Shown here: one piece after another, positions 14,618 to 24,774 of the stretch
Numbering within the stretch: the first letter of the stretch is position 1
Layout: every line of letters starts with the position of its first letter
DNA from: Acidobacterium sp.
GTDB lineage: Bacteria; Acidobacteriota; Vicinamibacteria; Vicinamibacterales; UBA2999
DNA length: 64,000 nucleotides
Direction: 5' to 3'
Assembly: GCA_002737365.1 (NCBI GenBank)
Contig: NSIL01000003.1
Coordinates: forward strand, 19,100-83,099
The notes under the pieces: model-generated
The model's input: the letters and a program-made list of their open reading frames with translations, nothing else
Database searches by the model: none
Told to the model about the DNA's origin: nothing
Translations under genes and position numbers: made by a program

Positions 14618-15894
14618 GTGACCGCGGCGCGGATGTTGAATCTCGGTTCCCGCCACTCGCCGGACGTCATCACTTCCTCTAGCTGGGCGACGGCGTCCCA
14701 GACGTCAACGAACCGGGTGTAGAGCGGCGTGAAGCCGAAGCGCAAGATGTCGGGCGCGCGGAAGTCGCCGATCACGCCGCGTGCGATCAGCGCCTGCATG
14801 ACCTGGTAGCCGCCAGTGGCGTGGGCGAAGCTGGCCTGGCTGCCGCGAGCACCGGCCGCGCGCGGTGTAACGAGCGTCAGCTCGTGGCCGGCACAATGAG
14901 ACTCGACCAGCGCGATGAACAGCTCGGTCAACGCGATCGACTTGTCACGGATGGCGGCAATCCCTCCGAATGGCTCCGCGGCCAGGAGCGTGTCGACGCC
15001 GCACTCAAGCGCCGCCAGCGACAGCATGGGCGGCGTGCCGCAGATGAAGCGCGCCATGCCGGCACCAGGACGGTAATCCGGCGTGAACGCAAACGGAGCG
15101 GCGTGGCCAAGCCACCCCGCAAGTGGTTGCCGCCACTGTTGTTGATCCATCCACGCGAGATGGCGCGCATGAGCCCAGGCAAAGGCCGGCGCGCCGGGGC
15201 CGCCGTTCAGGTACTTGTAGCCGCAGCCAACGGCGAAGTCGGCGTCGGCGCCGTTCAGGTCAACGGGTAGCGCGCCAGCAGAGTGCGCGAGGTCCCACAC
15301 CACGACGGCACCGGCGGCGTGCGCGGCCTCGGTGATGTCCGCCATGCGATGCATGCGGCCGGTCCGGTAGTTGACGTGCGTCAGCATCAGCACGGCGACG
15401 CGCTCGTCCAGTAGCGCGGGAATCTCGTCGGTCTCCGCCAGCACCAGCTCGAGGCCGTGCGCACGCGCCAGCGTGTCGGCGATGTAGAGGTCGGTCGGAA
15501 AGTTCGTGCGCTCCGACACAACAGCAGCCCTCGCCGGCCGTGTCTTCTGGATGGCGAGCGCCGCACTCAGGACCTTGTAAAGATTCACCGAGGTCGAATC
15601 GGCAACCACGACCTCACCGGGCGCGGCGCCGATCAGGGTTGCGATCTTGTCGGCAATGCGCTGGCCCAGGTCGATCCAGCCGGCCGAGTTCCAACTGCGG
15701 ATCAGGCCGACGCCCCACTCGCTCTCGACCACCGCCTTGATACGGTCGCCAGTGGCAGCCGGCAGCGCACCAAGCGAATTGCCATCGAGGTAAATGACGC
15801 CCTCGGCATCGGCGCCGGCCATCGCGAACTGCGCGCGTAGCGACGCCAGTGGATCGGCGGAGTCACGAGCAAGGCAATCGCGGCGCGTGATCAT
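14614..15894 (-). CDS. kynU: Kynureninase
   Basis: [17 protein letters not shown]...[61 protein letters not shown]. Near full-length similarity to bacterial KynU. Confidence 0.92.
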   Translation of the reverse strand: MITRRDCLARDSADPLASLRAQFAMAGADAEGVIYLDGNSLGALPAATGDRIKAVVESEWGVGLIRSWNSAGWIDLGQRIADKIATLIGAAPGEVVVADSTSVNLYKVLSAALAIQKTRPARAAVVSERTNFPTDLYIADTLARAHGLELVLAETDEIPALLDERVAVLMLTHVNYRTGRMHRMADITEAAHAAGAVVVWDLAHSAGALPVDLNGADADFAVGCGYKYLNGGPGAPAFAWAHARHLAWMDQQQWRQPLAGWLGHAAPFAFTPDYRPGAGMARFICGTPPMLSLAALECGVDTLLAAEPFGGIAAIRDKSIALTELFIALVESHCAGHELTLVTPRAAGARGSQASFAHATGGYQVMQALIARGVIGDFRAPDILRFGFTPLYTRFVDVWDAVAQLEEVMTSGEWREPRFNIRAAVT

Positions 15895-16547
15895 GGCAAG
15901 GGGCTTGAGGCGGAGGGCTTGGGGCTTGAAGACAGCGACCGCAGCACTGCCCGCACGGGTGACGCGTCCGCGGTGACGAGCTTCAAGGGCAGCGCGATCA
16001 GCTCGTAGTCGCCTTCCGCCACGTCATCCAGGACCAGGTTCTCCAGCACGCGCATGTCGTGCTTGAGGAGTTGTTGATGGCTCGCGAGCGTCTTGCTGTC
16101 GGCGGGGTCCACGGATTGGGAGTCAATGCCAACTAGCCGAACACCGAGGCCGGCCAGCCACGCGATGGTCTCCGGCGCAAAGGCGCTAAACACCGGCGAC
16201 CACTCCGTGGGCGCGCGCCGGCAGGTGCGTACCAGTACCCGTGGAGGCAACCCTTCAGGGTTGCCTAGATGTTCCGGCGTGATCAGCGCGCCCTTGTCGA
16301 TGGCGTGAATAACGCGGCAGGGACCGAGAAACGGCGACAGCTCAACGCTGCCGATCGCGGGCGCGCCGACGCCGTAGTGCAATGGCGCATCTGCGTGCGC
16401 GCCGAGGTGAGGCGACAACGTGATCGCGCTCACGTTCACCGGACAGTCCGGTCCAATCTGCGCGTTCCAGCGCTGCGCGTACGGAGTGTCGACGGGAAAG
16501 TGCGGCGTCGCGGCCGAGATGGGCGGCGAAATATCCCAAAGTCGCAT
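15891..16547 (-). CDS. kynB: Kynurenine formamidase (cyclase-family arylformamidase)
   Basis: Start moved to ATG 16547 ([11 protein letters not shown]). [58 protein letters not shown]. 4-bp overlap with kynU. Confidence 0.88.
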   Translation of the reverse strand: MRLWDISPPISAATPHFPVDTPYAQRWNAQIGPDCPVNVSAITLSPHLGAHADAPLHYGVGAPAIGSVELSPFLGPCRVIHAIDKGALITPEHLGNPEGLPPRVLVRTCRRAPTEWSPVFSAFAPETIAWLAGLGVRLVGIDSQSVDPADSKTLASHQQLLKHDMRVLENLVLDDVAEGDYELIALPLKLVTADASPVRAVLRSLSSSPKPSASSPLP

Positions 16548-16575
16548 GTGTAGGGACACGATAACATCACGGTCC

Positions 16576-17889
16576 ATGTCTTCAGCTACAGCTGCCAACG
16601 AGCCGCTGGTCCGCGTGATCGGCACGTTCGGATTGGCGGCGGCCATTATCAACATCACGATCGGCGGTGGCATCTTCCGCCTCCCGGCCAACATGGCCGG
16701 TTCGCTCGGCGCCGCGGCACCCGTGGCCTATCTTGTGTGCGCGATCGCCATGGGACTGATCGTCCTCTGTATTGCCGATGCCGGCAGCCGCGTCTCGCTC
16801 ACCGGTGGACTCTATGCCTACGTCGGCACCGCGTTCGGACCGTATGCGGGGTTCTTGTCGGGCGCGCTGCTGTGGATGCTGGGCACGTTTGCCACTGCCG
16901 CCGTGGCCACGGTCTTCGCCTCGAGCCTTGGGCTGCTGATCCCGTCGCTCGCGGGTCGCGGCATGGAGATCGGCCTGCTGGTCGTGGCCTTCGGCTTCTG
17001 GACGCTGATCAACATTCAGGGCGTGACGCTGGGCGTGCGACTGAACTCCATTGCCACGGTCGCCAAGCTCCTGCCGCTGTTGCTCGTGGCGATCGGGGGC
17101 CTCTTCTTCATCGACACCGACAACCTGCGCGTGACCGCCATGCCGGCCGTTGGCGACGTCGCGCGCACGTCGCTGCTGTTGATCTTCGCGTTTGCCGGCA
17201 TCGAGTGCGCGCTGGTGCCGAGCGGCGAGGTCCGCGATACCGTGCGTACTGTGCCGCGCGCCATTGCCCTGGCCATGGTCACCATCACCGCGCTCTATGT
17301 CGTCTTGCAGGTAGTGGCGCAGGGCATTTTGGGCAGTGGCCTGGCGCAGGCCACGGTGTCGCCGCTGGCCGATGCGGCCGGCGCGTCGCTCGGCGGCTGG
17401 GCGCGAGCGGTGCTGCTCGGCGGCACCACCCTGTCGATGTTCGGGTATCTCGGCGGCATGACGCTGTCGATGCCACGGATGGTGTTCGCACTAGCGCGCG
17501 ACGGCTTCCTGCCGCGCGCCCTGGCGGCCGTCCATGCCACCCATCGCACACCGCAGGCCGCGGTCGTGTTCCAGTCGGCGCTGGGGCTCACGCTGGCGAT
17601 CTCGGGCACGTTCGAGAAGCTCGCGATTCTCGCCAACGTCTCGGCGCTGGTTCTCTACCTCGGTTGCGCGGTCGCCTCGTGGCGGCTGAGACAAATGGGC
17701 GTCCAGGGCAGCCCTTCGACCGGAGGCGCCGGCTTCACGGTACCGCTCGCCGGCGTCGTGCCCTGGCTGGCGACGGCGGTGATCGTGTGGCTGCTCACAG
17801 GCTTGGCGGCCGATGAGTGGCTCGGCTTCGGGGTGTGTGTCGCGGCGGCGTCAATCGTCTACGCCGTGACCCGTGCAAACAGGAGTTAA
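16576..17889 (+). CDS. APC-family amino acid permease
   Basis: Start moved to ATG 16576 (MSSATAANEPL). NITIGGGIFRLP, 12 hydrophobic segments. Divergent from kynB, with only 28 bp between the two start codons. Confidence 0.85.
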   Translation: MSSATAANEPLVRVIGTFGLAAAIINITIGGGIFRLPANMAGSLGAAAPVAYLVCAIAMGLIVLCIADAGSRVSLTGGLYAYVGTAFGPYAGFLSGALLWMLGTFATAAVATVFASSLGLLIPSLAGRGMEIGLLVVAFGFWTLINIQGVTLGVRLNSIATVAKLLPLLLVAIGGLFFIDTDNLRVTAMPAVGDVARTSLLLIFAFAGIECALVPSGEVRDTVRTVPRAIALAMVTITALYVVLQVVAQGILGSGLAQATVSPLADAAGASLGGWARAVLLGGTTLSMFGYLGGMTLSMPRMVFALARDGFLPRALAAVHATHRTPQAAVVFQSALGLTLAISGTFEKLAILANVSALVLYLGCAVASWRLRQMGVQGSPSTGGAGFTVPLAGVVPWLATAVIVWLLTGLAADEWLGFGVCVAAASIVYAVTRANRS

Positions 17890-17918
17890 AGAGATCAGGA
17901 GAATTCTCCCGATCTCTT
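17889..17918. terminator. Bidirectional hairpin between convergent genes
   Basis: AAGAGATCAGGAG-aatt-CTCCCGATCTCTT, a 13-bp stem with one mismatch. It begins at the last base of the permease stop codon and ends 10 nt before the stop at 17928. Confidence 0.6.
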
Positions 17919-17927
17919 GTCCTCCTG

Positions 17928-19091
17928 TTATTTGCTCGTGGATCTCTCGACCGGTTCCAGGCGCAGCACCGGCGTCGGCTTGCCGTCCCGGTCTTCGATG
18001 GCCAGGTAGATGAAGCCGTCGAGGCCCTGGCGCACGTCACGGATGCGGCCCATCTGCGGCACCAGCGTCTCCTGGCTGACGACGCTCGTGCCCTTCAGGG
18101 TGAGGCGGGCCAGCTGTTGTCCGGCCATGCCGGCAGTGAAGAAGTTCCCCTGCCACTGCGGAAAGCGATCGCCGGTGTAAAACATCCCGCCCGAAATGCC
18201 AATCGACGGCACCCACAGATAGCGCGGCTGTTCCATGCCCTCGCGGATGGTGCCCTTGTGAATCGCCAGGCCGGTGGTGTAGTTCACGCCGAAGCCGATC
18301 ACCGGCCAACCGTAGTTGAGGCCGGGCAGAATGCGGTTCAGCTCGTCGCCGCCCATCGGACCATGTTCGGTCGCGTAGACGTCACCGGTCTCAGGATGAA
18401 TGGCGATGCCCTGGACATTGCGGTGGCCGTAGCTCCAGGTCTCAGGCCGCGCGCCGGCACGGTTGACAAACGGGTTGTCGGCCGGCACCCGCCCATCGTC
18501 ATGCAGGCGGACGATCTTGCCGTGATGGTTGGTGAGGTCCTGCGCGGGATGCGCCTCAAGGTTGCCCTCGGGCGGCACCTGGCGATCGCCAAGCGTGAGA
18601 AACAGGAAGCCTTTGCCGTCGAAGGCAATTTTGCCGCCGTAGTGGCCTCGGCCCTTCGAGACCGACTCGAAGAGCTGCTGCACGTTGGTCAGGCGATCGT
18701 TCTCGAAGCGACCGCGGACCAGGACCGTGGTGCCTTCCTTGCCGTCGCCGATGGGCTTCGAGAAGGTCAGATACAGGAACCGGTTGGCGGCGAAGTCCGG
18801 GTGCGGCGCAACTTCGAGCAGCCCGCCCTGGTTGGCGTAGATGACGGCCGGCACACCTTCCACGGGCTGGGGCATCAGCTTGCCGTTACGCACAATGCGC
18901 AGGCGCCCAGGACGCTCGGTGATCAGCGTGTCGCCGCCAGGCAGGAACGCGATCGACCACGGCTGGACGAGCGCATCGACGAAGGTCGTGACCCGATAGT
19001 CATGCAGGGCCGACTTCAACATTGTCTGGCCAGAAACGCCGACCGACAACACGCTTGCGCCTATTAATAAACCAATCAACGTGCGAACCAT
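17928..19091 (-). CDS. PQQ-dependent soluble sugar (glucose/sorbosone) dehydrogenase, YliI/Asd family
   Basis: Signal peptide. [55 protein letters not shown] 19091 has GGAGG 5 nt upstream. Confidence 0.85.
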   Translation of the reverse strand: MVRTLIGLLIGASVLSVGVSGQTMLKSALHDYRVTTFVDALVQPWSIAFLPGGDTLITERPGRLRIVRNGKLMPQPVEGVPAVIYANQGGLLEVAPHPDFAANRFLYLTFSKPIGDGKEGTTVLVRGRFENDRLTNVQQLFESVSKGRGHYGGKIAFDGKGFLFLTLGDRQVPPEGNLEAHPAQDLTNHHGKIVRLHDDGRVPADNPFVNRAGARPETWSYGHRNVQGIAIHPETGDVYATEHGPMGGDELNRILPGLNYGWPVIGFGVNYTTGLAIHKGTIREGMEQPRYLWVPSIGISGGMFYTGDRFPQWQGNFFTAGMAGQQLARLTLKGTSVVSQETLVPQMGRIRDVRQGLDGFIYLAIEDRDGKPTPVLRLEPVERSTSK

Positions 19092-19189
19092 GTGAACCTC
19101 CAATTGCTGTGCTCAATGATATCCGGCTTAACGGACATGACCATCCTCACCAATCTTTGCGGCGCGCTTCGGTCCCTCAACCGGGTGCT

Positions 19190-20095
19190 CTACTTCTTGC
19201 TTTCCTCCGCCACCCGGGCGTCGAGTGCCTTCATGGCGTTGGCGGCCAACACGCGGCAGGCCTGCGGATCGATGAAGGGATCCGCGGCCGGCTTCGCCGC
19301 CCGCTTCTTCAGCTTGCCGGCCAGGTCGGTAGCCATCGGATGAGTCGTGATCATGATGTCGCACGGCAGCTCGCCGACCGTGGCGATGCTGTTGCGGAAC
19401 TGCTCGACGCGGCTGGGCGTCTTCGCATCGCCGGTGAAGCGGAAGCCGGGTGCGGCGATGGCTGAAATGCTGTCGGCGTAGACCAGGTTCAGGCACTTGC
19501 CATCGACGCACGACTGCCAGGTCCAGGTCGTGCTGCCGGGCGTGTGGCCGGCGGTGTTGTGCATCTGAACCGCGAGCGGCCCGACGCGCACGACGTCCTT
19601 GTCCTTGACCACGCGCACGTTGTTCACTGCTGGGAACGCATTCTCGGCCTTGCCGAATCCGGCCTGCGGGTCGTCTGGCACCGCGTTACCGAGCGCGAAT
19701 CCCTCGGCGCCTGATGCGCTCGAGACGACCGTGGCGCCGCTCGCCCGCTGCAGGGCGGCAATCCCGGCGGCGTGATCGTAGTGCGCGTGTGAGTTCAGGA
19801 TCAGCTTGATGTCCTCGACCTTGAACCCCAGCTTGACGATGTTGGCGGCCACCAGCGGCGCCGACTGCGTCAGTCCGCCATCGAGCAGGATGTGGCCCTG
19901 GTCCGAGGTGATCAACAACGCCGATAAGCCGGCGGTGCCGACGTAGTAGGTGTTGCCGAACACCTTGAAGCCCTCGATGGACACGTTCCATTCGTCGCAG
20001 CTCGAACACTTGATCGACCGGTCGGGACGGAGTGCCGATTGGCCGGCCGACACCAGCAGCGAGATCGCCAGGGCGATCAGTCCAGGCGTAGACAT
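19190..20095 (-). CDS. Subclass B3 metallo-beta-lactamase
   Basis: Signal peptide. FKVFGNTYYVGT, HAHYDH (His116/His118/Asp120/His121), GHTPGSTTWTW (His196) and TTHP (His263) give the complete B3 zinc-ligand set. Confidence 0.88.
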   Translation of the reverse strand: MSTPGLIALAISLLVSAGQSALRPDRSIKCSSCDEWNVSIEGFKVFGNTYYVGTAGLSALLITSDQGHILLDGGLTQSAPLVAANIVKLGFKVEDIKLILNSHAHYDHAAGIAALQRASGATVVSSASGAEGFALGNAVPDDPQAGFGKAENAFPAVNNVRVVKDKDVVRVGPLAVQMHNTAGHTPGSTTWTWQSCVDGKCLNLVYADSISAIAAPGFRFTGDAKTPSRVEQFRNSIATVGELPCDIMITTHPMATDLAGKLKKRAAKPAADPFIDPQACRVLAANAMKALDARVAEESKK

Positions 20096-20488
20096 TTACA
20101 ATTCACCCACTTTGAAGGCCCGCTTGCCGACGGCTTTGCCGTCGAGAAAAATCTCCACGCTGTAGTCGCCCGGCGGGAAGCCGCCGGAGTGCTGCAGGTG
20201 GAACTCGGTGCTCGCCGCACCGTCGTACGACACCTGCTTGGTCGGCTGATCAATGACCTGGGTGCCGAACATCCACCTTACGCCGACGGCACCAGAACCC
20301 GCTTCCCGGGTCTGCACGGCGACGTAGATCGTTTCGTTAGGTTTGAACAACGAGGTGATGCTGGCGACACTCCGGTCGGGATTGAGCGAACGACCGACCT
20401 GGATGTTCGAGAGACTGAGCGGTGGCTTGGCACAGGCCGAGCCGGCCAGCAGCACGAGGCCGGCCAGGACCCACAAACACTTCACCAC
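20096..20488 (-). CDS. Small exported (possibly lipo-) protein, no family recognised
   Basis: 130 aa with signal peptide ending LLAGSAC and a beta-rich body. Its TAA stop abuts the MBL ATG (TAAATG). Confidence 0.55.
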   Translation of the reverse strand: MVKCLWVLAGLVLLAGSACAKPPLSLSNIQVGRSLNPDRSVASITSLFKPNETIYVAVQTREAGSGAVGVRWMFGTQVIDQPTKQVSYDGAASTEFHLQHSGGFPPGDYSVEIFLDGKAVGKRAFKVGEL

Positions 20489-20652
20489 TCCATCTTGTTA
20501 ACAGGAGCCCGGGAGATCAAGAGAATAGAATCCGGAGTGCCTGAGAAAACGCCTTGTGTCTCGGCCGCCGTACAACTGGCCGGGAGCGGCCCGCGAAGCT
20601 GCGGTCAGGAAAGTGATGGACGGGGAGCCCCGTTCGGACGAAGATCATCGCC

Positions 20653-21261
20653 ATGCGCGTCGCGATCGTGGGGGGACCGGGCGTGGGCAAGAGCACTCTG
20701 GTCCGCCAGCTTGCCGACCTTTACCACAACGGCTCCTACGGTGAGGGCGAGAAGGGCGTGTGGGATCCGCGCGTCCTCGAGGACATTGCCGCCGGCACCA
20801 ACGCCGTGGGAGTGACCGAGTACTTCGCGCGGCTCTACGACGCCAATTACCAGGACGCCGACAGCCACGACGCAGCCGGCAAGGTGATCTTCTTCGAGGG
20901 CGCGCGCATCACACTGGAGGCGCACATCGCTGAGTATCCGCCGGAGCACCATGCCGCGCTGAGAAAGGTGTTGGCGATCGGCGACGCCTGGAATCCGGAT
21001 CGGATCATCGTACTGACGTCGAGCACCGATACCATCGAGAAACATATCCGCCTGCGCAATCGGCCGCACGAAAGCGCCGAGAACATGGTGCGGCGGTTCC
21101 GCCTGATCGATGCCGAGTTCCGGCGGCTCGCGCCGCTCTATCCAAACACCATCGTCATCGATCGCGACAGCAAGGAATTCCACGAACGCCGCGGCCTGGT
21201 CGACATCATCACGATGGCGGGCTTGCCGATGTTCCCCGAGATTCCGTACTCGCGCGGATAG
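20653..21261 (+). CDS. P-loop NTPase, nucleoside/nucleotide-kinase sized
   Basis: Walker A GGPGVGKST at residues 7-15; 202 aa; no signal peptide. Confidence 0.7.
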   Translation: MRVAIVGGPGVGKSTLVRQLADLYHNGSYGEGEKGVWDPRVLEDIAAGTNAVGVTEYFARLYDANYQDADSHDAAGKVIFFEGARITLEAHIAEYPPEHHAALRKVLAIGDAWNPDRIIVLTSSTDTIEKHIRLRNRPHESAENMVRRFRLIDAEFRRLAPLYPNTIVIDRDSKEFHERRGLVDIITMAGLPMFPEIPYSRG

Positions 21262-21282
21262 AATATCACCCGAGGATTAGTC

Positions 21283-23844
21283 ATGCTCAAACAGTGCGTG
21301 TTGCTTGTCGGTATCATTCTGCTTGCGGGCCCCGCGCTTGACGCGCAGCAACCCGCGCCGCCACTGGCGCCACTCGGTGCCATAGAATCGCGGGTCACCG
21401 GCTTTACGAAACTTGACGGCTACTTTCCCCTCTACTGGGGCGAAGACTCGGGCCAGTTGCTGCTGGAGATTCCGCGGTTCGACACCGACTTCCTGTTCTC
21501 GAACGGACTGTCGGCCGGCCTCGGCTCGAACGACATTGGCCTCGATCGCGGTCAGGGCGGCGGCAGCCGCATCGTCCAGTTCCAGCGGGTCGGCCGCAAG
21601 GTGCTGATGGTGCAGGGCAACCTGTCGTTCCGGTCGAGCAGCACGAACCCGCTTGAGCGCAAGTCGGTTGAGGATTCGTTCGCGAAGTCGGTGTTGTGGG
21701 GATTCACGGTGATCGCGGTAACCGGCGATCGGGTGCTGGTCGATGCCACCGACTTCTACATGCGCGACTGGTACAACGCCGGCGCCCGCCTGCGGCCCGG
21801 CAACTACCGCATTGACCGCACGCGCAGCACGATCTTCGCTCCCAACACCAGGAACTTTCCGAAGAACACCGAGGTCGACGTCATGTTGACCTTCGTGAAT
21901 GAACCGACCGGCGGCGGCCCCGGCGGTGGCGGCGGACCGTCGCAGGGTCCCACGCCGATCGGCAGCACGGGTGGGGGTGGTGGTGGTGGCTTCGGTGGCG
22001 GCCTGTTCTCGGGTTCGGTCGGCAGCGTGACGCCGTCGCCCGACTCGGTGACGCTGCGCGAGCACGTCTCGTTCGTTGAGCTGCCCGACAACAACTACCA
22101 GCCGCGCTACGACGATCCACGCGCCGGCTACGGCGGCTTGACGTTCGTGGATTACAGCACGCCGATTGGCGAGCCCATGCAGTTCCGCTACGTCCGCCGG
22201 CACCGCCTGCAGAAGAAGGATCCGACGGCGGCGGTCAGCGAAGCGGTCAAGCCGATTCAGTACTGGGTGGATTCGGGCGCGCCCGAAGACGTCAAGAAGG
22301 CGCTGGTCGAGGGCGCGAGCTGGTGGAACCAGGCGTTCGAGGCCGCGGGCTTCCGCAACGCGTTCAAGGTCGACATTCTGCCGGCGGGCGCCGACCCGAT
22401 GGACATTCGCTACAACATGATCAACTGGGTGCACCGCTCGACACGCGGCTGGAGCACCGGCGGCTCGGTGTCGGACCCACGCACCGGCGAGATCATCAAG
22501 GCCACCGTCACGCTCGGCTCGCTGCGCGACCGCCAGGACTACATGATTTTCGAAGGTTTGCTGTCGCCCTACGTGAAGGGCGACGAGAAGCCGTCGATTC
22601 TCTATGACACGGCGCTGGCGCGCATCAAGCAGTTGTCGGCGCACGAGGTCGGCCACACGCTGGGCCTCGGCCACAACTACTACGACAGCAGCACGGGTCG
22701 CATCTCGGTGATGGACTACCCCCATCCGCTCAGCACGATCAGGGAGGACGGCACGCTCGATCTGTCGCAGGCCTACACGGCAGAGATCGGGACGTGGGAC
22801 AAGGTCGCCATCAACTACGGCTATCGCGAGTTCCCGAGCGGCACCAACGAGAAGACGGCGCTCACCAGGATCCTGGACGATGCGTGGACGGCGGACCTGA
22901 AGTACTTCACCAACCAGGACACCGACATTCACCCGCGCGTCGAGCAGTGGTCGAACGGCGCCAACCAGGAAGCGGAGCTGTCGCGCCTGATGCGGGTACG
23001 CCGGATTGCCCTCAACAACCTCGGCGAGAACACCATCCGTCCCGGCGTGCCCACGGCGATGATTGAAGAACCGCTGGTGCCGATTTACATGTATCACCGC
23101 TATGCCGTCGAGGGCGCCGCCTCGATGATCGCCGGGCAGGAATTCGTCTATGCCATGCGCGGCGACGGCCGCACGCCCACGTCCTGGGTATCAGGCGAAT
23201 CTCAGCGCAAGACCATCGATGTGCTGTCGGCGACGCTGAAGCCGTCGGAGCTCACTATCCCGAAGAAGATCCTGGATCTGATTCCGCCGCGTCCGCCAGG
23301 CTTCGGCCTGCACCGCGAGCTGTTCCCGCGCACCACTGGCGAGGGCTTCGATCCGGTCAACCCGGCCGCGATTGCCGCCGATGTCACCATCGGCTTCATG
23401 TTGCAGCCCGACCGCGCGGCTCGCATGGTGGCGCAGTACGCGGTGGACCAGGCGCTTCCGGGTCTGGGCGAGGTAATCGACAAGCTGGTCAAGGCGACCT
23501 TCGATGCGACGACGGCGGGCACCTATGAAGCTGAAGTCCGTCGCGCCACCGAGCGCGTGCTGGTCGATCGCGTGATGTGGCTGGCGAGCGGGGCGCAGAA
23601 CGCGCAGGTCCGCGCAATTGCGTCCTACAAGCTGCAGCGCCTGGCGACGCGGCTGCGCGCCGAGGTGGGTCGCACCGACTCCGACGTTGCCGCGCACACG
23701 CTGCTGGCGGCAGACATCAAACGCTTCATCGAACGGCCAACCGCCGACCTGCAGAAGGTGATTCCCACCGCGGCCGCCCCTCCGGGCGCACCGATTGGCG
23801 ATGCGCCGCAGGAGTGGCTGGCGCGGCCACCCTACAGGCAGTAA
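21283..23844 (+). CDS. Exported zinc metalloprotease (metzincin-type HExxHxxGxxH; DUF5117/DUF4953-like layout)
   Basis: Signal peptide, SAHEVGHTLGLGHN zinc site, 853 aa. GAGGA RBS, 21 bp after the P-loop gene. Confidence 0.85.
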   Translation: MLKQCVLLVGIILLAGPALDAQQPAPPLAPLGAIESRVTGFTKLDGYFPLYWGEDSGQLLLEIPRFDTDFLFSNGLSAGLGSNDIGLDRGQGGGSRIVQFQRVGRKVLMVQGNLSFRSSSTNPLERKSVEDSFAKSVLWGFTVIAVTGDRVLVDATDFYMRDWYNAGARLRPGNYRIDRTRSTIFAPNTRNFPKNTEVDVMLTFVNEPTGGGPGGGGGPSQGPTPIGSTGGGGGGGFGGGLFSGSVGSVTPSPDSVTLREHVSFVELPDNNYQPRYDDPRAGYGGLTFVDYSTPIGEPMQFRYVRRHRLQKKDPTAAVSEAVKPIQYWVDSGAPEDVKKALVEGASWWNQAFEAAGFRNAFKVDILPAGADPMDIRYNMINWVHRSTRGWSTGGSVSDPRTGEIIKATVTLGSLRDRQDYMIFEGLLSPYVKGDEKPSILYDTALARIKQLSAHEVGHTLGLGHNYYDSSTGRISVMDYPHPLSTIREDGTLDLSQAYTAEIGTWDKVAINYGYREFPSGTNEKTALTRILDDAWTADLKYFTNQDTDIHPRVEQWSNGANQEAELSRLMRVRRIALNNLGENTIRPGVPTAMIEEPLVPIYMYHRYAVEGAASMIAGQEFVYAMRGDGRTPTSWVSGESQRKTIDVLSATLKPSELTIPKKILDLIPPRPPGFGLHRELFPRTTGEGFDPVNPAAIAADVTIGFMLQPDRAARMVAQYAVDQALPGLGEVIDKLVKATFDATTAGTYEAEVRRATERVLVDRVMWLASGAQNAQVRAIASYKLQRLATRLRAEVGRTDSDVAAHTLLAADIKRFIERPTADLQKVIPTAAAPPGAPIGDAPQEWLARPPYRQ

Positions 23845-23850
23845 TGAAGC

Positions 23851-23910
23851 GAGAAGTCGGAAGTAAGGAGTGAGAAGAATCGCCTTCTGACTTCTCACTT
23901 CCAACTTCTC
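23851..23910. terminator. Long imperfect hairpin between convergent genes
   Basis: GAGAAGTCGGAAGT..GTGAGAAG-aatcgcc-..CTTCTCACTTCCAACTTCTC. The outer arms match 13/14. The right arm also contains the direct repeat ACTTCTCAC x2. Confidence 0.55.
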
Positions 23911-24626
23911 ACCTCTACAAGGCCGTCGACGCGGTGCCGCGCGATCAAGTCACGCAGCAGGCCGGACGCCGCGATCTCTTTCACGAACCCCGCTAGGTAT
24001 GCGGCCGCCGCCGTCCTCGGCTTCGGCACGCCCATCGATTGTTGCACCGCAGTAAAGCGCCCCTCGAGCACGCGGGCGCCCGGCACCTTCCGCGCGTCGG
24101 CGATCAGGTTCGGCGTCAGCCCGGCCAGCGCGTCCAGTTTCATCGCGACGAACCGATCGAACGCGCCAGGCAGGCCCTCGGCTTCGACCAGGGCCGCGTG
24201 CCGAAGCGATCGCTGCAGGAACAACGTGTAGGCGGCACGTGCGGCGGTCGCAATGTGAACGCCGTCGCGATCGACGTCATCGATCCGCAGCAATGGCGAC
24301 CCGGCGGGCACCAGATAGGAGGCCTCGATCTCGACGTAGGCCGGCGAGAAAGTAATCTCGCCGGCGCGTTGGGGTTCGGCGCCGATGAACGCGACATCCC
24401 AGGCCCCGGTGGCGGCGGCATCAGCGGCAAGGCCGGCGTTGGCGTAGCCGACGAACTCGACCGATGCCCCGGCCCGCCTGGCGAGCTCGCGTGCCAGGTC
24501 GGGGGCCACGCCCGTCGGTTCCGGCCCGCGGGCCGAAATCAGCAGCGTGTTGCTGTAGTTCAGCGCGGCGCGCAGGCGGCCGTTGGGCGCCAACTCGGCC
24601 CGCGCGGTATCCGGCATCTGTGGCAC
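23895..24626 (-). CDS. Type-2 periplasmic-binding-fold (SBP_bac_3-like) protein with no evident signal peptide
   Basis: ELAPNGRLRAALNYSNTLL..GVAPDLARELARRAGASVEFVGY..GAWDVAFIGAEPQRAGEITFSPAYVEIEASYLV. The ORF is bounded upstream by a stop, so there is no room for a signal sequence. Confidence 0.7.
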   Translation of the reverse strand: MPQMPDTARAELAPNGRLRAALNYSNTLLISARGPEPTGVAPDLARELARRAGASVEFVGYANAGLAADAAATGAWDVAFIGAEPQRAGEITFSPAYVEIEASYLVPAGSPLLRIDDVDRDGVHIATAARAAYTLFLQRSLRHAALVEAEGLPGAFDRFVAMKLDALAGLTPNLIADARKVPGARVLEGRFTAVQQSMGVPKPRTAAAAYLAGFVKEIAASGLLRDLIARHRVDGLVEVRSWK

Positions 24627-24774
24627 GGCTGCAACTTTACCTCGGCGTCACCGGCAGTCCCAGTTCCTTCGCGGCGTGCTGACCGGCCTCGGATTTGCTA
24701 CTCTTCAGCGACGTCAAAGACGGTGACCGCGTGGTCGTGGACGTCCACGGCCACATCATTCAGGTGAAACACGC

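Noticed and set aside
21277-23097. 606-aa minus-strand ORF
   Set aside because: Antisense to the metalloprotease gene, which has a clear signal peptide and HExxH site. Composition is Arg/Ala/Val-rich and motif-free.
24627-24774. Whether the signal peptide of the SBP-fold protein is hidden upstream (missed start or frameshift)
   Set aside because: The ORF is closed by an in-frame stop just upstream of 24626. I see no hydrophobic stretch in the other frames of this 148-bp spacer. Recorded as genuinely signal-less rather than as a pseudogene.
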